A stretch of DNA of 64,000 nt, taken from the NCBI GenBank assembly GCA_951406725.2, contig OX597820.1:60760001-60824000 (forward strand). Direction: 5' to 3'. Below the pieces are notes generated by a model. That model saw only the letters and a program-made list of their open reading frames with translations. It was not told the DNA's origin and searched no databases. This DNA comes from Octopus vulgaris (taxonomy: Eukaryota). A program made the translations under genes and the position numbers. The stretch's first letter is position 1. Each line of letters starts with the position of its first letter. Below are positions 40,684 to 55,399 of this stretch, in pieces.

Positions 40684-42035
40684 CTTTTTCTCGAAAAGGA
40701 CTGACATGAATCTTTTGTAGTTTGACTGCAAGAATTTCCTGAAAACATATTGTTCATACATTGTTAAATTCTTCAACTTACGAAGCTCCATCGTGGGAGA
40801 GAATGTTTGTGTATAGGTGTATTTGTGCATATTGGTAGGTTATAAGTGAGTAAACTTCGAGTGTTTGTACATGACTATATGCAGTGACTAATATACATGA
40901 CACAACTCATTGGGACCATGAGCTAACATTCTTTACGTGTGTAGTGTTCAGTTGCTGCATCAGCTATGGAATATATAGCTAGCCCTTATTGCACTAAGGT
41001 GAGTAAAATAAAATAAGATAATACAAACTGAAAAGAAATGAAATAACACATTTACTTGTAAATAACAGCCATGTTCAAAAGACAGAGGCATGTGGAGAGC
41101 GCGGTCTGTTGACAGACAGTTCAGTAAATCACTTTCTATTGTGCACGTTATATTCCTTTTGATAGGAAGTCAGATATTTGTAGCGTGACCCAATTAAAAT
41201 GATTTAGAACAGATGTTTTGAGAATAGTTTTGACGATATTTTCGTATTACCCCCGTTTATAACGTATTCATACAGTCCAGTGTCTTTTAAAAGACATGGT
41301 CTGCTTTTTACTACGACCTGAATACTCGCTTTACAATACTCACTACGACAATGAATTTGGCGGCATTGGCAAAATAATGCATTTAATGTTCTTCGTTTGT
41401 ATGTTACTGGTTTCTGTATGAGAGAATAACGGGAATAATCTAACGTTTATACATTTTCCAACAGGGTTAGGTGTGTTAATGAAAGGAAATAGTGCAAACT
41501 GATTTTTTAAGCCATGTGGCAGACAAGGCTTACTGGTAGTTTACTTCCTTTTCTACAACACTTGTTACTTGCTTTATATGCTATTAATTTTCAGTTTTTC
41601 GAATATAACAAAAGAACAATTTTTATCTTATGAATTATAATTTTTTAAACTTGAAATGTGGCTTTGATCATTAGTTGATGTCAGCAGTAATTTTATTCAG
41701 CTGAATACTCGTCATCGATTGGTTGAAATTACCGAAATAGGACAACTTTAACGTGGAATGACTTCGTAAATATAAGTTTTTCTCACAAATGCTAAGAGTA
41801 AAAGATGTTTTATATGACACATTCTACCAGTGTCCGAAGTTTGAAAGTGTTTAGTTACAAAAAATTATTTTTTAAATCTGTAGGTCAAAAGGTAAAAATC
41901 CGTTGACGTCTTCTCCCAAAGTACCTATATAATATCCATATACTACAAATATAGTACCTAATGTACTACCTTTATAGTAGACAGTGTGACATGATTACTT
42001 AAAGCACAATAAAGACTATAGCATTAAATAAACTA

Positions 42036-42634
42036 AAGGCGTCGAGCTGGCAAATGCATTAGCACGCCGGATTTCTTCCATTTCTCCCGTTCTGAGTTCA
42101 AGTGCTGCCGAGGTCGACTTTGCCTTTTATCCTTTCGGGGTCGATAAATTAAGTACTAGTTGCGTACTGGGGTCGATCTAATCGACTGGCCCTCTCCCCT
42201 AAAATTTCGGGCCTTGTGCCTAGAGTAGAAAAGAATATTTAAAGGCGGCGAGCTGGCAGAAACGTTAGCACGTCGGGTGAAATGCTTAGCGGTATTTCGT
42301 CTGCCGTTACGTTCTGAGTTCAAATTCCGCCGATGTCGACTTTGCCTCTCATCCTTTCGGGGTCGATTAAATAAGCACCAGTTACGCACTGAGGTCGATA
42401 TAATCGACTTAATCCGTTTGTCTGTCTTTATTTGTCCTCTTTGTGTTTAGCCCCATGTGGGTAGTAAAGAAATATGTATTTCGTCTGTCTTTACGTTCTG
42501 AGTTCAAATTCCGCCGAAGTCGACTTTGCCTTTCATCCTTTCGGGGTCGATAAATTAAGTACTAGTTGTGTACTGGGGTCGACTGGCCCTCTACCCCAAA
42601 ATTTCGGGCCTTGTGCCTAGAGTAGAGAAGAATA
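42036..42634 (+). mobile_element. Tandem family A SINEs: monomer (42036-42236) followed by dimer (42241-42634)
   Basis: Three successive copies of the core with two different tails. Confidence 0.95.
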
Positions 42635-42844
42635 TAATCCACTTTCAGTCTGTATGCCTATAGCAGAAAGAACTATTAGACTAATAAGCACTAACATACA
42701 TACTGCATCTCCCCTTGAAGACCGTTATCCAATAGATACGAACAAATAAAAAGAAATAGTAAGTTATAGTAATGGTAGCAGTTTTGGGAAATTAGCATAA
42801 TCGTAACAAAATAGAAGGGAAAATCACATTTTGAACAAATAATC

Positions 42845-43072
42845 TATTTCTTTACTACCCACAAGGGGCTAAACACAGAGGGGACAAACAAGGACATACA
42901 AACGGATTAAGTCGATTACATCGACCCCAGTACGTAACTGGTACTTAATTTATCGACCCCGAAAGGATGAAAGGCAAAGTCGACCTCGGCTGAATTTGAA
43001 CTCAGAACGTAGCGGCAGACGAAGTACCGCTTAGCATTTCGCCCGGCGTGCTAACGTTTCTGCCAGCTCGCC
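42845..43072 (-). mobile_element. SINE family A monomer (tail type 1)
   Basis: Reverse complement of 42245-42473. Confidence 0.95.
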
Positions 43073-43551
43073 TACACATCACGTAGGTATCCTAGCATTC
43101 TAAAATGGAGAACTAATGATTAAAAGTAAATACTTGACGGTCAATGTAAATTATGTAACCTTGGTTAATGCTTTTCACAGTTATTTATAGAATTTCTGAA
43201 TAAAGACAAAATGCGTTCTAATTTTGATATTTTGGATCGCAAAGAAGGACATTTTGCAGTTGTGGAAGTTACACAACGCTCTGATGTTGATATTGTTAAA
43301 CTTTACGAATATGGAAGAATTTGCGATTCACAGTAGCACTATTATTTTAGGTAAACGTTAACTTTTTGTAACCATCTTTACTGCAGAAAATTCCAGCGCA
43401 TGAGGCGTTAGTTTGACTTTTACTGTATAATGTGCAAAATAAGTGACAAAATTGATCGTTCGAGCCAATATTTAGTGCCAAAACACTAGTCTACCTTTTG
43501 CTTCTTCACACACATACACACAAAAAAAATTTCCTTTCTGATAGTTTGACT

Positions 43552-43883
43552 GTTGAGACCCCCTTCGGTCATGACTGACCATAGGATAGCACCTAGTAAG
43601 TTACCCTGCCAGGCACAAGTCCAGGCGAGGTTGGTTATGGAAGACCAGCAGTCGCCCATGCATACATGTCTCCCCTCTCGACGCCACCAGTGTTATCCAA
43701 GGGAAAAAGGCAACGGCCGATACAGCTTGGCAACTGTGACGTCGAAACTCATTTCTACAGCTGAGTGAACTGGAGCAACGTGAAATAAAGTGTCTTGCTC
43801 AGAACATAACACACAGCCCGGTCCGGGATTCGAACTCACAACCATAAGCTCGACGCTCTAACCACTGAGCCATGCGCCTTCAC
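43552..43883 (-). mobile_element. SINE with family C head/core and a different 3' tail
   Basis: Shares cagctgagtg.actggagcaacgtgaaataaagtgtcttgctc and the head with family C; 10-bp TSD tagtttgact. Confidence 0.8.
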
Positions 43884-46800
43884 TAGTTTGACTATCACCC
43901 AAAGAAAGCCAGTTTTTTTTTCTATAAGGATTTAATACGATTACTTTTGACAAAGTCCACAATCGAAATTCTTTTGGAAACGTGATATAACTGACTTATT
44001 TGACTCCAGTATATTTCTTATGTATACTTTAGCGACCACGAATTACGCAAACCTACGTCGACACCGACACAATTAAACTTCTCAACTGCTGGAAAGAAAT
44101 TCAGTCCAGTAAAGCTGCAGCTGTACAGATCGTGAACTTTTAAGTGAATGAAAAACTTAAGAAGCTAGGGATTTCAAAAGGCTGCTTTGCAGTTTTAAGG
44201 AGGACAGCAGAGAAAGGAGATGCCGGGGAATGGAGTAGATTCTTGAGAATGTAGTATGTACTCAGAAAGTTCAAAGGAAATCATTATAATGAGTCCATGA
44301 AAGATAGAGAGATGGAAATCAACTGGGGTAAGAAGGTTGAATAGACTTGTTTATTTATCAACGAGCTGATCTCTTATTTGGGATGCAATCAAGAATGCAT
44401 ATATGAGAATGTTAGATGTAAAGCCTCCCGGGTGTATGAGCTGTCTGCAAATGAAATAAAAATAAAGAAACTAATATTTCTTATTCCATTTTACTTATGC
44501 AGTGGAGTGTGTATTTTCAGTTTAGTGATCATCAAACACAGTAAAATTTAGCAATTTTAGAGAGTAGTTTGTGTGGTAAAGCTGCTGTGCTTTGGAGACA
44601 TTTTTGCAACATGTGAAGCGTCAATATTTTAATACATTTTAGGGTAACTTGAAAAGTATATTCCTGAGGCAAATTCTTTCTTAAGTTACGCTTAGGGAAG
44701 ATGTATATGTTTTCTGAGATGTATTGAGGCTGCATATGGAGGAGACCTATGTATTAAAGAAGAGTAGGGGTGTAATTTTAAAACTGAATATAAATGGGCG
44801 TTAAGCATTGAGAAGAGAGTAGAAATATAAACAAGCTTCAACATTTATAGACTTGAAGTTTGAATAAGCCCTCCCAACTTCTGCAGTAGCGTAGCAGGCA
44901 AAAGGTTCCTACTAAACCTGTGAGCTTATTGATCAGCGGAGTTCATAGTCAGACAACTTTTGTAGACGGTTTATATATGATACAAAATTGAAAACTTAGT
45001 TGATATCAAGATTAAGAATTTCGACTTCATAGGGGGTTTGAGGCCCATTGGTGACATAAGAAGAACAGTTTCCAATAGATATCACACAAGTGGTCTCTAA
45101 GAAAGGAAATAGATTCTGGGTGAGAAAGGCGATACTCATTTATAATTGTGTCCATTAACACATATATTAGTTTTACTGAGAATTACTATTCGATGATTGA
45201 TTTCGAAGGGATTGATCACAGTATGTGAATGGCTCTACACAAGAAAGTGGTTTCACCAAAACAGATATAGTAAATATAAATTTTTAAATGCATGTGTGTT
45301 TGTTTATGCATTCAGATTTTGGTTTTTGCCTATAGTTACGTGTAGAGATTAAATCACTAAATGTTTAAAGTAAAACATCTTATTGACATGAGCTGATACT
45401 TCATAGCCTTTACTCCCATGAGCTTGTATCAAAATTCATTCTTATCTTCCACAGCTTATCTTTCTGGAGTTTATTTCAGAAATAATTAATTAATTAATTA
45501 ATGTATATATATTATCGTCTTGTCATTCCTTATTCACTATTTATTTTCTTCATGTACACAGACTACAAAATAGAACTTTTGGTAATTTCTAACGTACTTT
45601 GCTTGGTACGACAGTTTGCTTAGGTATTTGTATGTATAAAAATATTCACTAACTTTAAAGACATTTGTTTTTCCTTGTTAGTCGTCAAATAATTTAAAAC
45701 CATTACAATGCGTTAATATTTCGCGCTTGCAGGAATCATATATCAGTAACTATTGTGCTTTCTTAGTTAAACACGCTGCGTACTTTTGGAATTAATTTAA
45801 GATAAATAAGCTAGCGTTTTTGTATTATATGTCTAAAATCTGTCGTATCAAATTTAATTTGGTTTCATTTTAGATGGTTCATTCATGAATTACATAATAG
45901 TTGAGATGGTGAAAGTATGTAGACAATATGTATTTAAGCAAGGCATCCGGCGCTTCTGCCATTTTCTTCCTGTCTGCAAATGCGTAGAAAAGTGATTTTT
46001 TTTCTATAGTAGGTTGCCACGTGTATGTTGAACGATGACTATTTCTGTTGATTCATTCTACCAACGACATATTCACCGACGAGGGTATTAATTTCATCAA
46101 GTGTGCCAATTACTCCGAAAAATGATTGTTTCAACCAGATCTAAAATATGCAGCTGTCACCACCAATTTATTAGAGCTTTTCACAAAATATTATATTTCT
46201 CTTAATTTAAAACGACCAGTGCTTCAACGTGGACACCCAAGTCGGTATTGTTTAACTGGTTGCTGATTTGTATTAACAAACAAAAATGATGACATCAATG
46301 CCTCGAGTTACTACCGTTTTTTCATTTCCTCCTGTTTCAGCGAGACTAAAAAATAGATGAATGTAAAGTCAACTTGACGCTGTTGTTGACAATTACATCA
46401 GCGATAATATTGATGGTTGCACAACAGACTTTAAATTGGAAGAGCTAACATCCTGTAATAACAGCATGGACAACAGTGTCAACAGAAATAACAAAAGCAT
46501 CAACACCAGTCGATTTAGAGACAGCATCGACAATATCGTCAACAGTTGTAACAGCAATAACAACCCAACAAAATAATATTGATATTAAAAAAAATACAGC
46601 AAGAGCAACAAATATTAATATAAAACATAAAAACATTAAAAAAAATATTGTAGCAGCAAATAATATTTATGATAAAGACAGTGTTGCTAAAACTATAGCG
46701 ATAAAAATATATTAATAATAAAACACCAGGCAGATATGATAATCAAGTTTGTAATTAACAAAGAGAAAGTTCTACAAAGTATCAGACCATTTTATTAATG

Positions 46801-47233
46801 TATAGATAAACAGATAAAATAAGTTAAAACAAAACCCCACAGTGGTCAAACGTATATTATTGTATTTAAAAGATGTATATACAATTATATGTTTATAGTA
46901 TATATGTATTCATCTGAGCGTATCTTTCTCAATTACTTTCAGATAAGCCATTTTTTTTTTACTCTTTCTGAACATAAACCTGTCTTAATGAAGTGTGTGT
47001 ACATCTTGCCACCATACTAGGTTTTCGAAAACTCATTATTGTTTATGTGCGTGTGTGTTTGGATGAATGAGTTAGTTGCTATTACATACTCACACACTTA
47101 CGTAGATACACAGACACATACATGCGCACACCCACGCACACACGCACACACACACGCACACACACGCACACAAACGCATATAAACACATATACATATATA
47201 AATGATGGTCTGTGTGCGTATATAAATATATAT

Positions 47234-47314
<81 letters not shown>

Positions 47315-47468
47315 CGAATGTATAGGGATATATATGTGAGCGTTTGTCTGCGTTCATATTTATACATGTGAATATACAGATACACGTACACACACGCCGT
47401 ATATATGTGTGTATACACACACATACATATACATACATATATATATGGATACATACATACATACTTAC

Positions 47469-47519
<51 letters not shown>

Positions 47520-47841
47520 CATATTGTATGTAAGTAAATACATATTTACGCACAAATATATACGAACACACACACGTTAATATGCGTGTGTGTTTGCTTT
47601 CATACACGTTTATGTGTAAACATGTATGTAGATTAACGATTCAATTAGCTCCAACAATAGTCTCAGTTGTACACCAAACAATCATATAAAAGGAAACGTA
47701 ACTTATACATAATTTTCTACTGAATATCAAACTGACGTGAAATGTTCTGCTTCATAAACATCATATTATAAAATAATAATAATGGCAGTAAATGGTATAA
47801 ATGTGTGTGTATATGATTACTTTTGTATGCGTGTATGTATG

Positions 47842-47875
<34 letters not shown>

Positions 47876-48023
47876 TGTATGTATGTATGTATGTATGTAT
47901 ATGTGTGTTTGTGGAAATAAACTTTTCTCCATACATACATACACACATACATACATACATACGTACATACATACATACATACATACGTACATACGTACGT
48001 ACACACATACATATATATACATA

Positions 48024-48230
<207 letters not shown>

Positions 48231-48923
48231 GTATAGTTAACTAAGACTACTGAATACACCACCGATACATAGTTTTAGTGAGACTGAAGCAGAGTATTGG
48301 TAGTTGACTAAAAAAGACGATTTATTCATATTTATAAGCAATAATGGCGATAGCTCAAAAATTAAAAAAAATTACCTGTTTTCAGTTTTTCTTGAATTCA
48401 ACGAGTTGCTAACTTATCTCAGTGTGATCATTTATTTTAACTATTCCTTGTTAAAGGAAATGTTTCTTCTCTGAACAATAACTTTCCATTTCCTTCATAC
48501 CCATCCTTAACACATAATTCAATGCAGTGTTTTTAACAGAAATTTGAATAGTCTTAATTTTATCTTATTTCGTTTGTTATGTTCGATAATCTTAAATTGT
48601 AGTTTATTGATGTTTTAGAAATCACTGTATGTACAACAAGCTACGTAAAAAATCATCACATTTAACGATAGGTATTATATTTCAATTCAAAGCTATGATA
48701 TGTTTTTTTTTTTAAATACTGTTGATTTTTAATTTTTATATTTACCAAACATACAACCAAATTTTATAGCAGACATTGAAAGAGTGCATTGTCAAATAAA
48801 TCAATGCCAATACATATTTCCCCGACCCCAGAGTCAAGAAATGTAAGGTTAGTTCTGATGAGATTCAGACTTGTAGACAAAGTCGATATTGTCTATAGAC
48901 AGACAGAAGCTTAACTGAACTTA

Positions 48924-49299
48924 TTGCTTCCCAATTACATGGTTCCGGGTTCAGTCCCACTGCGTGGCACCTTGGGCAAGTGTCTTTTACTATAGCCTCG
49001 GACCGACCAAAGCCTTGTGAGTGGATTTGGTAGACGGAAACTGAAAGAAGCCCGTCGTATTATGTGTGTGTATGTGTATGTGTGTGTGTGTTTGTCCCCC
49101 CTCCACCACCACCATCACTTGATAACCGATGATGGTGTGTTTATGTCACCGAAACATAGCAGTCTGGCAAAAGACACCGATAGAACAAGTACTAGGCTTA
49201 CAAAGAATATGTCCTGAGGTCGATTTGCTCGACTAAAGGCGGTGCTCCAGCATGGTCACAGTCAAATAACATGTAAAAGAATAAAAGAATAAAAGAATA
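48924..49299 (+). mobile_element. SINE family B
   Basis: Family match; (TAAAAGAA)n tail. Confidence 0.9.
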
Positions 49300-51238
49300 A
49301 CACAATATTTGGAAAATAAATATAAAAAGAATTGTGCATAGCACTTGATAGGTATTTATTTTATTGTATCTCGAGAAATGACAGGTAAATATGACATTGG
49401 TGCTATTAGAATAAACACAGGAGTGACTAAATACTGCAATATATTTTGTCTGGCACTCTACCAATACTGTTACACCACCATTATTATTTTGTCCGATGCT
49501 GTGTCGATCCTGTTATCATCTTGTCTATTGCTGCTTTACAGATTCTACTATTTACCATACTTTGGCGTTTAATATATTTAGAATATTGTTAACGTGTTGA
49601 GAAGGTTGTGTTGTGAGTGAAATGGAAGAGGGTCGAAGAAAGAAATACCTAACAGTATATAGTTGTATCCCTCTATGCTAAGAATTCATAAGGTTTTATG
49701 AAATAATATGAGCGTCATTTCTATAAATTTGCGACTGGTATTAAAAAGGGGAAATCAATAATTGAGGGAGAAGAAAACTAAGCAAAACGTATGGAATATG
49801 ATATAATGTCTAATGAAAGAAAGAAATATGTATTTAAAATGTTGGAAAATCTTCGATGGATCTTGAATTTTAACCATGAATATCATAAAAAAATTAACAT
49901 CTTTCTATTATTTTGGCTCATTCAATAAAGATCAATTAGATATAAATTTCTTTCCTCAAGACCAAATTATTATAACTGATATTTTTGAGCTAATATTCAA
50001 TCAATAAGAAGTTTCCAAAAAGGGATTTGAAAGACGTCTTATGAAATATTAGAAACCTTGAGAGATGGAAGGAATAAAATGCAACGAATAACTCAAATAT
50101 GATGGAGAAAGAAAACTAAAATATTAAAATCGAAGAATTAATTGATATCCATGGATTTCAAAAGTGTAAAGATGTTTCAATTTGGTTTACTGGGAACATA
50201 CACCTGCAGCAAAACACTGCTATTTTTTTTATTTTTGTTTGTATTTAGATATAGAAACGCAAATATATGGGAATGGAGTGTTATTTGAGGATGTTCATGC
50301 CTTTCTCAAATCCATTTTCTGTTTAAATGAAAGGAAATACTTTTAAGCAAGAATCAAAACTAGAAGCAGACTCATCAACATCTTGAAGACCAAATACAAC
50401 TTAGCAGGGGAAACAACTCTAAATCTATCTGTTATAATTGCTCGCTGACCAGACAATAATGTCAGTAATCCGTTTATAAATCAATATATCTATTACTCAC
50501 CCAGCTTCACTTCTCTCAGTTAAGCAGCTCTAGTTTTAGACGTTATCTAATGAATTATGTCGCTAGTGAGTTGGTTATCAAAAGCAGAAGTCTTAATTAC
50601 ATCATTCACGCTTTATAATAATATCGCAGTTATACAAATAAGAATAATGCAAGCAATCAAAATATAAAATGTCGCTCTTCAGAATTTTATAGAATAATTT
50701 ATTCAGAAAAGCTGGCATCGTAACTGTTGCAGGAAATTAATTAGTCAATCATTTGAACTCATTAATAACGAAAGAGAATAATTATTAATTTAATAAAGAC
50801 ATTTTGTTATTAAATTTGAATTATTCCTTGTTACTTATATTTATTTTTTTTCCTATAATAATTATACGCCTTCTTATTCTATATTTAAATTATTTCAATG
50901 AATTTGTATTCTATATTATCTTTCGGTTATATGCGAAATTCTTCGTCTAAAATTTTCGTCGAATATTTTTTTGATTTTTCCACTTCTTTGTTTCATTCAC
51001 TTATATTTTATTTCACACACATGTTATTTACGAAATTCAAATATAAAACCTAAAAAGTGATTTGATAAAACATATAAAGTTTTGCTGAGTATATATATAG
51101 CCCAATTCGATTAATACAGATATATTCCATATTACATTTTCCAACGTTTTGCTTACATCAGAGAAAAAAAAATCAACTAAATAACTTCTTTTTTAAAAAA
51201 TTCATTTGCCTTACATAAATAAAATTAAAATTTGAGTT

Positions 51239-51638
51239 AGACGCAGGCGTGGTCGTGTGGTAAGAAACTTGCTTCCTAAGCACATGGTTCCGGATTCAGT
51301 CACACTGCATGGCACCTTGGGCAACTGTCTTTGACTATAGCTTCAGGCCGATCAAAGCCTTGTGAGTGGATTTGATAGACGGAAACCGAAAGAAGTGGAT
51401 TTGATAGGCGGAAACACACACACACACATGTTTGTGTCTCTGTGTTTGTCTCCGACCCCATCATCACATGACAACCGATATTGATATGTTTACATCCCGG
51501 TAACTTAGCGGTTCGGCAAAAGATCCCGATAACATAAGTACTTCCAAGGAATAAGTCCCGGGGTCGATTTGTTCGACTAAAGGTGGTGTTCCAGCATGGC
51601 CGCAGGCAAATGAGTGAAACAAGTAAAAGAATTAAAGA

Positions 51639-51640
<2 letters not shown>
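51239..51640 (+). mobile_element. SINE family B with internal duplication
   Basis: Family match; agtggatttgatag.cggaaac is duplicated. Confidence 0.9.
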
Positions 51641-51671
<31 letters not shown>

Positions 51672-51778
51672 TGTATGTATGTATGTATGTATGTATGTAT
51701 GTATGTATGTATGTATGTATGTATGTGTATATATATATGTATGTAAATGTATATGTATATAGTGGCAGAGTGACAGAT

Positions 51779-51854
<76 letters not shown>

Positions 51855-51938
51855 CAGATATGCGTTTATGTATGTATATGTGCATTACACATACACGCAT
51901 GTGTCTATAGATGCATAGTTACAGATATAACAATACAC

Positions 51939-51983
<45 letters not shown>

Positions 51984-52874
51984 CGTACACATGTGCATGC
52001 GCACGTACGCACACACACACACACACCTTCATGAACATTACACTATATGTTTTATAGAAATTATAACAAGTGTATTTTCCTAAAAACGCAAATTTCCATA
52101 AACTCAAAAGTAGCTGATGTAAGTTCTCGACATAATTCGATCAGTTGCACGTTTACTACACGTCCAAACTAAATTGGTTCTCTGTTGCCTCATAATATAT
52201 GCCTTCTCAAACGTATACAATTTATTTTCAAGAAGAATTGATCAGTAATCTTGTCTTATGTTTCAATGATCAGTGTCTGTCGTGTTCGAAAATAGAGCAA
52301 TGCATTCAAACCTTGTAATAATATGCCTTGACGAAATTGAAATGACTAACTACAGCTTATTATGATAGCTGTTACCGTGTGAATAAACTACGTGTAGATT
52401 TCAGCAATGATCAGCGTCCTTATTGTTTAGCACTCCAGTAATGCGTTAGTATGCATTTCATTCACTTGGAGTGAAGATAAGGTTTAATGCATTGCTCCAG
52501 ACAATTCACTACGTCAGTAATGAGATAAGGGCGACACCTAATGTCAAACAGGCTGAGTCTTCAGCTATATATTTAACATGATTCTTTTAACATAATTTGA
52601 AGTTCTGCTGACACACTTATTCCATTCCAAAGGAAAGTCTATTACAACTATTTTATTCTTGAAGACACATGTGAAGGTATATATTATTTTCTTTAAATAT
52701 CTTCAGATTAAGAGGTTTTCTTTTTCCAAAAGAAATACTCTACACTTTATTTTCTTTAAACTTAGTAGTCTATGCCCTTTAACTGTTACATCGCTAATTA
52801 TTGACCTTTTATTTTCATCTTCAAAGTTAATTAATACGTAATGAATAAATTGGTGTTTAATACATGCATCACAC

Positions 52875-53272
52875 AGCGAGCTGGCAGAATCGTTAGCACG
52901 CCGGGCGAAATGTTTAGCAGTATTACGGCTGCCGTTACGTTCTGAGTTCAAATTCTGCCGAGGACGACTTTGCCTTTCATCCTTTCGGGGTCGATTAAAT
53001 AAGCACCAGTTACGCACAGGGGTCGATGTAATCTACTTAATCCGTTTGTCTGTCCTTATTTGTCCTCTCTGTATTTAGCCCCTTATGGGTAGTAAAGAAA
53101 TAGGTATTTCGTCTGTCTTTGTGTCCTGAGTTCAAATTCCGCCGAGGTCGACTTTGCTTTTCATCCTTTCGGGGTCGATAAATTAAGAATCAGTTGCGTA
53201 CTGGAGTCAACCTACTCGACTGGTCCTCTTCCCCAAAATTCCGGGCCTTGTGCCTAGAGTAGAAAAGAATAT
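52875..53272 (+). mobile_element. SINE family A dimer
   Basis: Two cores; one TSD atgcatcacac flanks the whole dimer. Confidence 0.95.
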
Positions 53273-53315
53273 ATGCATCACACGCACATATAAATGCATG
53301 TGCATGTGTGTTTCT

Positions 53316-53378
<63 letters not shown>

Positions 53379-53977
53379 TCTCTTTCCCTCTCATATATAT
53401 GTATATAGAGAGTCCGCCAAAAATATGTGCATACACTTCAAGAAAGATAAAAGTCTGTATAAATATTTTAATTCGGTGTTATCGCAATTTATTCAGTGTT
53501 ATCATAATTCGATTAAAGATCTACTTATACAAGTTAATGTGTATACATTGTTCTGGCGGTCTGTGTGTGTGTGTGTGTGTGCGCGTGCGTAATTGTATGC
53601 ACACACAAACACACACACACACGTATATATATATATATTTATATATGTTCTGTTTTTGTTTTTCCAACGGATTTCCTATTTTCTTCCTGAAGAGAAAGGC
53701 ACAATATGGTCCCATTATTCCATCGGATTTTGGTAATTTGTGCCTTTCGAAACACGTGTAGAATGAAATAAAACGATTTCTGTTCAATCTGCGTTCAGCT
53801 CCATTTCTTCAATTCACCAATAATGTTCTAACTTCAATTATCCGCACCAACGCACGGTTGCAACACCATATGGTTGTACCTCCAACCGTGCTGTTTTACT
53901 GCTGTGATTTTTGCTACTAAGGTATCGGTTAAACTTTTGATTAATCTACTACAAGATTATTCATCTTTCTATTTCAC

Positions 53978-54034
<57 letters not shown>

Positions 54035-54260
54035 TTTTGTATCTGGTTTGCAAGATTCTTTATATGAATTCGTGTGTTGAAACAAATTTTGTGTGCCCCC
54101 GGGGAGAGTCATACTGCCTCAGTGCCTTAATATCCAACCCACTCACTGGTTCATTTTCCACTCATTTATTATTCATACATTTTTTCCCAAAATTTCCGTT
54201 GATTTTGCAGCCTTGTCAATGGATGTTAATTTTGTCCGTATCCGTGCCGCATTCTTTTTG
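54035..54260 (-). mobile_element. Second copy of the 20652-20780 repeat, adjacent to (TA)n
   Basis: Collinear homology; degenerate hammerhead-like motif at 54188-54219. Confidence 0.5.
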
Positions 54261-54326
54261 TACGCATGTGTGTGCTTGTATTTGCACATATGTATGTATG
54301 TACGCATGCATGTATGTGTACTATAG

Positions 54327-54731
54327 GTACACGGACGGGATTCTAATTGCACTTTTGATGAAGGACAAGAAGCTCAATACAAGATGCCGAACGGACAAGG
54401 TACCGAAAAGACATACGAAAATTAAAATATAAATTAATCATTTTGTTCCTATAATATTACCATTTGACAGACTGAAATGTAGAAAACATAGGTACACAAA
54501 ACCACTCTTTAAATAAGTTTCTTTACTGGATTTACAATGTAAACATACAAAAATTATATGATTGAATTTTAAACTATTTTTAATCTCGTTAAATCTTAAG
54601 TGCCAAATTGGAGATTTGGTCATTAAAATATTGAAGTAGGAATTTTCTTTTTTATTATTATTGTCTGTTCGGCTTCTTAGCTTAGGCTTCTTGTCTTTCG
54701 ACAAAGTGCATTCGACATCTTGTCCGCGCAC
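54327..54731. mobile_element. Old MITE-like element with ~72-bp diverged inverted arms
   Basis: 54327-54398 is approximately the reverse complement of 54661-54731. Confidence 0.65.
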
Positions 54732-54780
54732 GGTACTATATATATACGTATATATATACATATATATATATATATTATTT

Positions 54781-55079
54781 ATGTGCCCTTTTCAAGTCTA
54801 GCCAGGCTCATGGGCCCAGTTTCCCGGTTTCTGTGACGTATGTGTTCCCCTCAGCTGGACGGGACGCCAGTCCATCGTAGCGTTACTCAAGAAATAGGAA
54901 GAAAGAGTGAAAGTTGGGGCGAAAGAGTACAGCAGGGGTCGCCATCACCCCCTACCGGATCGTCGTGGAGCTTTAGGTGTTTTCGCTCAATAAACACCCA
55001 CAACGCCCGGTCTGAGAATCGAAACCGCGATCCTCCGACCGCGAGTCCGCTGCCCTAACCACTGGGCAATTGCGCCTCC
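54781..55079 (-). mobile_element. SINE family D
   Basis: Head and tail homologous to 25551-25850. Confidence 0.85.
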
Positions 55080-55167
55080 ACACACACAAACACACACACA
55101 CATACACATACATATAAACATATGTAAATATATATAAACATATATGTATATATATGTAATATGTGTG

Positions 55168-55211
<44 letters not shown>

Positions 55212-55399
55212 TCTATATGCATATATCTGTGTGTATGGCTGAGATTATGCATGAATACACGCACACACACACACACACACACACATACATACACACACAT
55301 ACACACACACCCATACACTAAATATATACAAAAATAATGTGATAGGATATATTTCTGTTAATGAAAATTTATAATCATTTGACTTATGTTATCAAATGT

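Noticed and set aside
44090-44450. Possible CR1-like 3' remnant (minus strand); similar hint of an endonuclease motif (NTLDL) near 62110
   Set aside because: Too degenerate to support from the sequence alone.
46445-46715. Thr/Asn/Ala-rich ORF and its hydrophobic antisense ORF
   Set aside because: Decayed (ACA/GCA/ATA)n trinucleotide sequence with non-ATG starts and no convincing splice context.
52418-52482. 65-nt hairpin resembling a pre-miRNA
   Set aside because: Large asymmetric bulges and no match to a miRNA I recognise; small RNA reads would be needed.
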